Assembly (NCBI GenBank): GCA_046485245.1
Contig: JAWOHG010000224.1
Coordinates: 1-41,494, forward strand
Length of the DNA stretch: 41,494 nt
Direction: 5' to 3'
Origin: a bacterium
GTDB taxonomy: Bacteria; Hydrothermota; Tepidihabitantia; Tepidihabitantales; Tepidihabitantaceae
Part shown: positions 27,501 through 32,647 of the stretch, in pieces
Position numbering within the stretch: position 1 is the first letter of the stretch
Layout: each line of letters opens with the position of its first letter
Position numbers and translations under genes: made by a program
Notes under the pieces: model-generated
Database searches by the model: none
Told to the model about the DNA's origin: nothing
The model's input: the letters and a program-made list of their open reading frames with translations, nothing else

Positions 27501-27966
27501 CTGGGTCGAAACCGACACCCTGCCGCGGTACGGCTCGAGCGGCCGCGCGCGCAAGGTGAAGAACGGCGGCAGTCTCGCCGCGCTCGACGGCGGAATCTAC
27601 GCCTTCAAGGGCAACCGCACGCGCGAATTCTGGCGCTACCGCGGGACCGTCGTGGCAATGGACGGCGTCCCGCCCGGGGCCGCTCGCTCCGGCGTCACGG
27701 CCGCGCCCGGCCGGCGGACAATGCTTGAAGGCCTGCGTGTCTCGCCCAACCCGACCGGCACAGGGGCGGTCAACCTGTCGCTCGGCACGAGCGCGCCGGC
27801 GGTAATCCGGCTGTTCGACGCCGCGGGCCGACTCGCGCTCGAACGCCGCAGCCCGGGCGGAAAGGACCTCGTGCTCGACACGCGCGGCCTGCAGGCCGGC
27901 GTGTACCTCCTCGAGGTGCGCACCGCGACCGGCGCCACGACACGTAAGCTCGTGGTCGACCGCTAG
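21532..27966 (+). CDS. M6 family (immune inhibitor A-like) metalloprotease with NIDO-like domain, about 10 CARDB-like repeats, Kelch-like propeller and T9SS C-terminal sorting domain (2144 aa)
   Basis: GGAGGA then GTG. Signal peptide VVLFGLVLLLTAGALA. Zinc motif FCHEWGHALGLPDLYD. Tandem repeats of about 104 aa. Repeated xFKGxNTxEFWRY blades. CTD ends ...AGVYLLEVRTATGATTRKLVVDR. Confidence 0.9.
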   Translation: MKRANAVVLFGLVLLLTAGALAMPPAPGVDIDLRAWAEERARLGIDVSKNPVRDAGADGWVNSPGDVSILVSGTKRFVAVTIQYPDQLLTYAASSFASMLFGTWASGSARDFYLAQSYGRFNMTGIVLGWYTSINNRAYYGYASGSQRAAMLAKEAAQRADSSVNYALYDNDGDGWVDVFTCIHSGYGREESGSGLDIHSHSWNFISAGIGAYTTNDPDPVNGGYIRISEYVVDPERSNYSNNGTMVGIGVFCHEWGHALGLPDLYDVYGTGEGVGNWSLMSGGSWGTNGNSPWFPSSMTAWEKMELGWLNPRAVRSRSRHTLAAVESLPEALWLISRNRSFKEYWLVENRFKMRNDTNMFASGLHIWHVDDSIVRARRSSNRMNSNDGGWRYGVAMEQADGLDELYSGADRGDANDPWPGGLGRVTFDSSTTPNSRTNGGGALMSGAWVKNISAAGRSMTCSTSSGVTGAFTGGPDGFGYTWIDSDTAGGPAFNFVDIASTGLRLGVGDEARWRLPLPFTFRFYGTNYDTCWVSTNGWLSFGADPGTNAATNTALPAAAAPNAAVYAYWDDLNLVASDSAGVYQQTFGSSPNRYTVISWVDARVVGSPSYKGYYNQVTFQVVMYEDGRLIVQHKDAACSDTTRNWGHSATVGIENAAGTVGLQYLYNGAPVGNLINNVRAVSFGTNVDVAVTAILAPAGIVDSGTPVTPQARVQNNSSFAVSFPVTMTITGGYANTQNVTSLGAGASTVVSFSGWNAAPRGVLAVRCTTAASGDNIRANDTLSGSVTVRVVDATTMRIVQPPSSVDSGSVVPVTAWVRNSGNVAATFNALATISGTAYSSSRGVIGLASGDSSLLTFDPWTAVEMGAHTVACTTQLAGDLNRANDKATKNVAVSVIDAAALRITAPSGTVDSGAIVTPRAWVRNLGTAAATFPVLLRIGAWTNTQNVTALAPGDSVQVSFVNWAATARGTFVTACTTQLAGDAISANNKATGSVTVRVLDAQAVRIVAPSGLLDSGNVVTPQAWVRNRGSAAATFPVTFRVGAFYTSTQNATALASGDSILLSFAAWNVTQRGTHAMRCTTQLAGDAIGANNYVDGAITVRLTDVAARAVIAPAGALDSGAVVTPQARVRNNGTAAATFTATMRIGGTYVNTQNVTSLAAGDSTIVNFANWTASPRGTFATRCSVYLAGDNVPANDVVTGSVTVSVVDAGILRIAAPSGAVDSGALITPQSWVRNWGTAPANFNATLRVGGTYTNTQAVTNLPAGDSALVNFASWTARPRGALAVRCSLYLAGDTRRANDTLSGSVTVRVVDAAALRVVAPSGLVDTGALITPQAWVRNPGTQTASFSASLAIVGTGYGNIQTVTGLAAGDSSLISFAGWTAGPRGVHAVRCSVTLSGDLNPNNNLATGTVNVRALDVGVTAILAPADSVDSGSVLSPQARVKNFGSGTVSFPVTFRIGTGYSSVQNVTNLASGDSTTLTFANWTAAQRGTYAVVCTTALTGDAYPFNSWRSGAVTVRVRDAVLARIVAPAGNADSGQPIQPRSVVRNAGTQPASFPVTFRITPGYTNTQNVTALAPGDSATVTFASWTPLTDTYDLEVFTALSGDLLPQNDTARARVVAAPRPDFGVLAIVEPSGIYDAGAVIWPSATWRNYGSRNAPFEAWVLISGPGGGRVYSSRVDVSGLAPGADTTLAGFAPCTLAVSGSWLAKCSTWADGDADPANDEQSILFRVERGWTELEPVPLGPSGKYCKDGAWLSPMAGTGLLYGFKGNGVPEFYSFDPVGGYWDSLPSLMPGITTKPPKKGADGVTDGNRYVYAVRGNNTVDYCRYDATGATWERLADVPIGLSGKKVKGGGDFAYVQLGDSGYVYFLKGYNSEFYRYNTGSNTWQALPEPPAGIKGRWNRGSWLVYDGASTLYAHKARYHELYSFDIALGQWSQTNHLTAMPIPGSGGSKKAKDGSSAAWYRDGINAFKGSNTQEFWRYIPAEDRWVETDTLPRYGSSGRARKVKNGGSLAALDGGIYAFKGNRTREFWRYRGTVVAMDGVPPGAARSGVTAAPGRRTMLEGLRVSPNPTGTGAVNLSLGTSAPAVIRLFDAAGRLALERRSPGGKDLVLDTRGLQAGVYLLEVRTATGATTRKLVVDR
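23593..26730 (+). repeat. about 10 tandem CARDB/Ig-like coding repeats (about 314 nt each) inside the M6 protease gene
   Basis: Recurrent unit V(T/D)VxVxDxxxxxIxAPxGxVDSGxxVTPQAxVRNxGxxAAxFxV...TQNVTxLAxGDSxxVxFxxWxAxPRGxxxxxCxTxLAGDxxxxN, seen 10 times. Copies are diverged at the DNA level. Confidence 0.8.
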
Positions 27967-27982
27967 CGAATGACCGATTGCG

Positions 27983-28010
27983 GCGCGGGGCGGCCTCGGC
28001 CGCCCCGCGC
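27983..28010 (+). terminator. GC-rich hairpin after the M6 protease gene
   Basis: 13-nt perfect inverted repeat gcgcggggcggcc/ggccgccccgcgc, 17 nt after the stop. No U-tract. Confidence 0.45.
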
Positions 28011-28029
28011 GCTCCCAAGGCAACTGGCG

Positions 28030-28058
28030 TTGACTGGCCAACCGGTCACTGCTAGCTT
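28030..28058 (+). promoter_or_regulatory. sigma70-like promoter abutting the tag start (leaderless candidate)
   Basis: TTGACT-17 nt-TAGCTT-cactcg-ATG(28065). Confidence 0.5.
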
Positions 28059-28064
28059 CACTCG

Positions 28065-28658
28065 ATGGTGACGCCGACCGAGCCCGTCCGCTGCCCGTGG
28101 CCCCTGGGCAACCCGCAGATGGTGCGCTACCACGACGAAGAATGGGGCGTGCCCCTGCACGACGACCGCCGGCACTTCGAGTTCCTCATCCTCGACGCGT
28201 TCCAGGCGGGCTTGAGCTGGGCCATCGTGATGAAGAAGCGCGCGGGATTCCGCCGGGCCTTTGCCGGGTTCGACCCGGCGAAGGTGGCACGGTTCACCGA
28301 CGCGCGGCTGGAGAAGCTGCTGAAAGATGACGGCATCATCCGCAACCGGCTCAAGGTGTTCTCGGCGCGCGCGAACGCCCGTGCGTTCCTTGCGGTGCAG
28401 AAGGAGTTCGGCTCCTTCGACCGCCACATCTGGCGGTTCGTCGACGGCAGGCCGCGCGTCAACCGCTGGCGCTCGCTCAAACAGCTCCCGGCGCGCACGG
28501 CGCAATCCGACGCGATGAGCGCCGACCTCAAAGAACGCGGCTTCCGCTTCGTCGGCTCGACCATCTGCTACGCCTACATGCAGGCCGCGGGCATGGTCAA
28601 CGATCACCTGGTGGGGTGCTTCAGGCATGCGGAACTCGCAGTAGACAGGAAGCAGTAA
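28065..28658 (+). CDS. tag: DNA-3-methyladenine glycosylase I
   Basis: CPW...YHDEEWGVPLHDDRRHFEFLILDAFQAGLSWAIVMKKRAGFRRAFAGFDPAKVA and ...GSTICYAYMQAAGMVNDH are typical of Tag. Confidence 0.9.
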   Translation: MVTPTEPVRCPWPLGNPQMVRYHDEEWGVPLHDDRRHFEFLILDAFQAGLSWAIVMKKRAGFRRAFAGFDPAKVARFTDARLEKLLKDDGIIRNRLKVFSARANARAFLAVQKEFGSFDRHIWRFVDGRPRVNRWRSLKQLPARTAQSDAMSADLKERGFRFVGSTICYAYMQAAGMVNDHLVGCFRHAELAVDRKQ

Positions 28659-28670
28659 ACAGTGAACAGC
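28641..28670 (+). repeat. left array of CAGTrnACAG motifs flanking the four-helix-bundle gene
   Basis: cagtagacag..cagtaaacagtgaacag. It spans the tag stop codon and is complementary to 29091-29117. Confidence 0.55.
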
Positions 28671-28700
28671 GAGACCCCGGCCGCTGGCTGCTCGCGCGGT

Positions 28701-29084
28701 GTGAGGCTTCATCGACGCCTGGTGCTGTGGCAGAAGTCTGTCAGCCTCGTCGAAGAAGGCTACAGGTTGACCGCGGGACTTCCCGCATCGGAGCGCTACG
28801 GACTTGCCGCCCAACTCAGGCGGGCCGCGGTGTCGATTCCCAGCAACATCGCAGAAGGCGCGGCGCGGCAGACGAAGCGCGAGTTCGCGCAGTTCCTGTT
28901 CATGGCCCGGGGTTCGATGAGCGAAGTCGACACGCAGATGGAGATTGCCAGACGGCTTGGTTTCCTCGGCGCCGGTGACATGCAGCAGTTGGACCGGGAC
29001 CTCGAGGAGTTGATGAAACTGCTGCACGGCGTGCTGCGGTCCCTTGGTCGTTCGAGGACCGCTTCGAGCGATTCCCGAACGTAG
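28701..29084 (+). CDS. four-helix-bundle protein (23S rRNA intervening-sequence protein family, TIGR02436-like)
   Basis: LVLWQKSVSLVEEGYRLTAGLPASERYGLAAQLRRAAVSIPSNIAEGAARQTKREFAQFLFMARGSMSEVDTQMEIA is the family signature. GTG at 28701 is preferred over the track start at 28662. Confidence 0.85.
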   Translation: MRLHRRLVLWQKSVSLVEEGYRLTAGLPASERYGLAAQLRRAAVSIPSNIAEGAARQTKREFAQFLFMARGSMSEVDTQMEIARRLGFLGAGDMQQLDRDLEELMKLLHGVLRSLGRSRTASSDSRT

Positions 29085-29090
29085 GTATGG

Positions 29091-29117
29091 CTGTTTACTG
29101 TTTGCTGTTCACTGTTC
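29091..29117 (+). repeat. right array of CTGTnyACTG motifs (complement of 28641-28670)
   Basis: ctgtttactgtttgctgttcactgttc. It can pair with the left array to enclose the four-helix-bundle ORF. Confidence 0.55.
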
Positions 29118-29130
29118 ACCGCGCAACGCC

Positions 29131-29973
29131 ATGATCCCCCCCGAGCTGTGGATCGCCCAGTCCCGCTCAATGAGCTACAATGCCGGGGTGCTGCTGGTCG
29201 AGGGCCGGGCGTGGCTTATTGACCCGGGCGTGTTCCCGGAAGAAGTCGACGTCGTACGTAAGTTCGCGGACGGCCGCAAGGCCAAGCCGGCCGCAATCAT
29301 CCTGACTCACTACCACTGGGACCACATCCTCGGGCCGGAACGTCTGCACGGCGTCCCGGTCATCGCCCAGGCGAAGGCAACCGAGGTCATCGCCGAGCAC
29401 GGCGCGACAATCGAGAAGCAGGTCAACCAGTGGCTCAAGGACAACGACGTCCGCCACGACGGCGGGTTCCGCGTGCCGAAGCCGGACCGTCTCGTGGGCG
29501 AACGGCTGAAACTCGGCGGGCTTGAGTTCATCGCCGCGCCCGGCCACGCACCCGAGGGACTGGTCGTGTACGAACCGGCCGCGGGCATCCTCTGGGCCGG
29601 GGACATGCTCTCCGACATCGAGATACCATTCGTGATGGACAACTTGGCCGACTACATCGCCACGCTGAACGAGCTCGAGGAAATGAACGTCAGGGTGCTG
29701 GTGCCGGGCCACGGCGCGGCGACCCGCGACCAGCGCGAGGCCGCGCGCCGGCAGGACGAGGACCTCGCCTACCTCCTGGATCTGGCCGAGCGGGTCGGCC
29801 GCGCGGTCGATGCGGGCGCGAGCTTCGAGGAGACGCTCAACGTCTGCGCCGACATGAAGTACCGGCACCGCGAGTTCAACCTCGGGCCGCACCGCCTCAA
29901 CGTCGGCACGGCGTTCCTCGAACTCGGCGGCGATGCCGGCGGCCGGAAGGTCGGCTGGTCCCGGTTCGAGTGA
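29131..29973 (+). CDS. MBL-fold metallo-hydrolase
   Basis: ILTHYHWDHILG (HxHxDH), later PGHAPEG and VPGHG. ATG 29131 is preferred over the track start at 29044. Confidence 0.85.
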   Translation: MIPPELWIAQSRSMSYNAGVLLVEGRAWLIDPGVFPEEVDVVRKFADGRKAKPAAIILTHYHWDHILGPERLHGVPVIAQAKATEVIAEHGATIEKQVNQWLKDNDVRHDGGFRVPKPDRLVGERLKLGGLEFIAAPGHAPEGLVVYEPAAGILWAGDMLSDIEIPFVMDNLADYIATLNELEEMNVRVLVPGHGAATRDQREAARRQDEDLAYLLDLAERVGRAVDAGASFEETLNVCADMKYRHREFNLGPHRLNVGTAFLELGGDAGGRKVGWSRFE

Positions 29974-29988
29974 ACGGGTGAGTTCAAC

Positions 29989-30067
29989 CACGAAGGCACA
30001 AAGACCACCAAGGGCACTGAGAGAGAACAAGCTTCATCCCGTACCTTCGTGTCTTGGTGTCTTTGTG
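29989..30067 (+). repeat. intergenic stem-loop built from short word repeats
   Basis: 29997-30012 pairs with 30053-30067 (15 bp, one bulge). The 8-mer 29989-96 (cacgaagg) is complementary to 30044-51, which lies inside the loop. Confidence 0.5.
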
Positions 30068-30102
30068 GTGAGTCCTGCCGACTGGAGAGCACGGCCGTGA
30101 AG

Positions 30103-30780
30103 ATGCTCGGGACGCTGGTGAACGTGGCCGCGGTGATTGCCGGCAGTGCCCTCGGCCTGCTGTTCCACGCCAAGCTGCCGCCGCGGCTCGGGGCAATCGC
30201 GTTCCAGGGCATCGGCCTGTTCACGCTGTTCCTCGGGTTCACGATGGCGGCCAAGACCAGAAACCTGCTCGTGCTGATATTCGCCATCGTGCTCGGCGCC
30301 ATCACCGGTGAGCTCATAGACATCGAGAAGCACCTGACGCGCCTCGGCAACTGGCTCAAGCGTAAGCTGAGACTCGGCGGCGAGCGGTTCGCCGAAGGAA
30401 TGGTCACCGCGTTTCTGCTATTCTGCATGGGTTCGATGACCGTGCTCGGGGCAATCGAAGAAGGGCTGGGCGGCAAACCCAATCTGCTCCTCGCCAAATC
30501 AGTGCTCGACGGCTTCGCCTCGATTGCGCTGTCGGCCACGCTCGGCGCCGGCGTCGTGTTCTCGGTGATTCCGCTGCTGGTGTACCAGGGCGGACTGACG
30601 CTCCTGGCCGGCACGCTCGGAGGAGCGCTATCCGAGACAGTCATCAACGAGATGTCGGCCGCTGGCGGCTTGCTGCTCATCGGCCTGGGCATCAACATAC
30701 TGGAAATCAAGAAACTCAAGGTGCTGAACATGCTGCCCGCGCTGCTGTTCGCCGCAGTTCTGGCGGCGTTGTTCGCGTAG
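30103..30780 (+). CDS. DUF554 family membrane protein (YdfK/YqgA-like)
   Basis: MLGTLVNVAAVIAGSALGLLF...GIGLFTLFLGFTMA matches the DUF554 N-terminus. The protein is multi-TM. A GTG at 30097 is also possible. Confidence 0.85.
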   Translation: MLGTLVNVAAVIAGSALGLLFHAKLPPRLGAIAFQGIGLFTLFLGFTMAAKTRNLLVLIFAIVLGAITGELIDIEKHLTRLGNWLKRKLRLGGERFAEGMVTAFLLFCMGSMTVLGAIEEGLGGKPNLLLAKSVLDGFASIALSATLGAGVVFSVIPLLVYQGGLTLLAGTLGGALSETVINEMSAAGGLLLIGLGINILEIKKLKVLNMLPALLFAAVLAALFA

Positions 30781-30805
30781 CCGTAGCCGGTCTCGGTCAG
30801 CCGGC

Positions 30806-30834
30806 TTGACCATCATCCCGCCGCGTCTTATTCT
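30806..30834 (+). promoter_or_regulatory. sigma70-like promoter of the metallophosphoesterase gene
   Basis: TTGACC-17 nt-TATTCT, about 65 nt upstream of the ATG at 30899, which has an AGGAGG SD. Confidence 0.45.
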
Positions 30835-30898
30835 GCTAGCGTGACGATGTCAAAGGCTGTCAGTCATCAGTGAGCAGGTTGCGCACACAGGAGGCAGG

Positions 30899-32602
30899 AT
30901 GAAGCGGGTAGTGGTGTTTCTGGTTGCGGTTGCGGCGATTGTCGGCGCCAAGCCGATTCGGTTCGCGGTCATCGGTGACCGGACCGGCGACGCTCAGGAC
31001 AGTGTGTACGAGCGCATCGTGGCGCGGGTGGCGCAGGCCAAGCCCGAGTTCGTGCTCACGGTCGGAGACCAAATCGAGGGCCCGGTGACCGATTCGGCCG
31101 AACTCGCGGCGCGGTGGGAGGAGTACCGGGCCATCGTCGCAGGCTTGGGCGCGCCGCTGCACCTCGTCGCGGGCAACAACGACATCACCAACCCGATGAT
31201 GCGCTCGGCTTACGAGCGGCTGTGGGGCCGCGCGTACTACTCGTTCGAGCACAAGGGCATCCGGGTGTTCGTGCTCGACAACTCGCAGGCCAACACGATT
31301 ACCGAGATGGGCGGTGCGCAGCTTGCGTGGTTCGCATCGGCGCTGGACAGCTTCCGCTCGGCACGCTGGACAATCGTGCTGATGCACAAGCCGTTCTGGG
31401 AGCAACTGGTCCTGCGCGGCAAGCCGGATACCCTGCATGCGCTGTACCGGCGCTACGGCGTGGACGCGGTGTTCACCGGCCATTACCACCAGTACTTCGC
31501 CGGCACCATCGACGGCATCAAGTACACCTCGGTCGGCTCGTCGGGCGGCGACGCCTCCCCGAGCCCGACCGGTCTGGGGTTTCACTGGATGCAGGTCGCG
31601 GTCGACCGCAGGGGCATCGCCATCGCGCCGGTGCGCGAAGACGGCACGACACGCAAGTGGCAGGACGTGAGCCTTACGGAGAAGCTGTCGCTTGACCGGG
31701 TCGAGGCGCTGGGCCTGCGCTTCTCCGAACCGCTGGAAATCGTCGAGGGTCAGGCCGGCACGACGGTGCTGCCGCTGGTGGTCAGCAACTTCGGCAGCCC
31801 GCCGCTCGACGACTCGTTCGGCTGGGAAGTGCCCGACGGCTGGCAGGTCTCGACCGCGGGCCGGCCGGAATTCGCCGACGGCGGCGACGCCGCGCTGGTC
31901 GACGTCGTGGTCACGCGCGGCGCCGACGCCTTCTACCCAGTGCCCGTGGTCAGCGCGACGCTGCCCTACGCCCCGGGCAAGGGAGTGCGGGTCAGCCAGC
32001 CGCTGCGGGTAGCGCGCACCGTGTCTGCCCCGCACGGCCGGCCCGACATCGACGGCGAACTGCGCGAGAAGCTCTGGTGGAAACCGGCGACCCGGCTGTT
32101 TCGTCCCAACGGTAAGCCGACCCGGGCGGAGTCGACCGCGTTCTACTTCGCGTGGGACGACTCCAGCGTCTACCTCGCGGCGTGGTGCCGCGAGAGCAGG
32201 CCGGAGAGCCTGCGGCTCGACGCGGCCGAACGCGACGGCGCGGTGTACAACGACGACTGCGTCGGCTGGTTCCTGCGGCCCGACTTCAGCAACCGCAATG
32301 TGTACCAGGTCTACGTCAACGCCGCGGGCACGGTGTTCGACCAGTCCATCAACACGACCGAGGACGCCGGAACCGAGTCCGACCCTTCGTGGAACGGCGA
32401 ATACGAGGTCAAGGCCGCGCGCGGCGCGGATTGGTGGTCGGTCGAGATGCGCGTGCCGGTCGCGCAGTTCGGCGCCAAGGCCGGACCGGGCCGGGCCTGG
32501 GGCGCCAACTTCCGGCGCAAGCAGCAGCGGCTGGGCACGGCCGACTGGCAGGTGCCAATATCCTACGACCCGGACACTTTCGGCCGCCTGTTGATGGAGT
32601 AG
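30899..32602 (+). CDS. secreted metallophosphoesterase with C-terminal CBM9/DOMON-like domain
   Basis: Signal peptide. Motifs VIGDRTGD, TVGDQIEG, VAGNND, LMHKP, FTGHYH. C-terminal IDGEL.EKLW...FYFAWDDSSVYLAAWC...WNGEYEVKAARGADWWSVEMRVP is CBM9-like. Confidence 0.85.
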   Translation: MKRVVVFLVAVAAIVGAKPIRFAVIGDRTGDAQDSVYERIVARVAQAKPEFVLTVGDQIEGPVTDSAELAARWEEYRAIVAGLGAPLHLVAGNNDITNPMMRSAYERLWGRAYYSFEHKGIRVFVLDNSQANTITEMGGAQLAWFASALDSFRSARWTIVLMHKPFWEQLVLRGKPDTLHALYRRYGVDAVFTGHYHQYFAGTIDGIKYTSVGSSGGDASPSPTGLGFHWMQVAVDRRGIAIAPVREDGTTRKWQDVSLTEKLSLDRVEALGLRFSEPLEIVEGQAGTTVLPLVVSNFGSPPLDDSFGWEVPDGWQVSTAGRPEFADGGDAALVDVVVTRGADAFYPVPVVSATLPYAPGKGVRVSQPLRVARTVSAPHGRPDIDGELREKLWWKPATRLFRPNGKPTRAESTAFYFAWDDSSVYLAAWCRESRPESLRLDAAERDGAVYNDDCVGWFLRPDFSNRNVYQVYVNAAGTVFDQSINTTEDAGTESDPSWNGEYEVKAARGADWWSVEMRVPVAQFGAKAGPGRAWGANFRRKQQRLGTADWQVPISYDPDTFGRLLME

Positions 32603-32613
32603 GCCGGGACCTT

Positions 32614-32642
32614 TTGACCGGGCCGGCCCGGGCCGGTATGCT
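32614..32642 (+). promoter_or_regulatory. sigma70-like promoter abutting the P-type ATPase start (leaderless candidate, GTG)
   Basis: TTGACC-17 nt (gggccggcccgggccgg)-TATGCT-gggtc-GTG(32648). Confidence 0.4.
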
Positions 32643-32647
32643 GGGTC

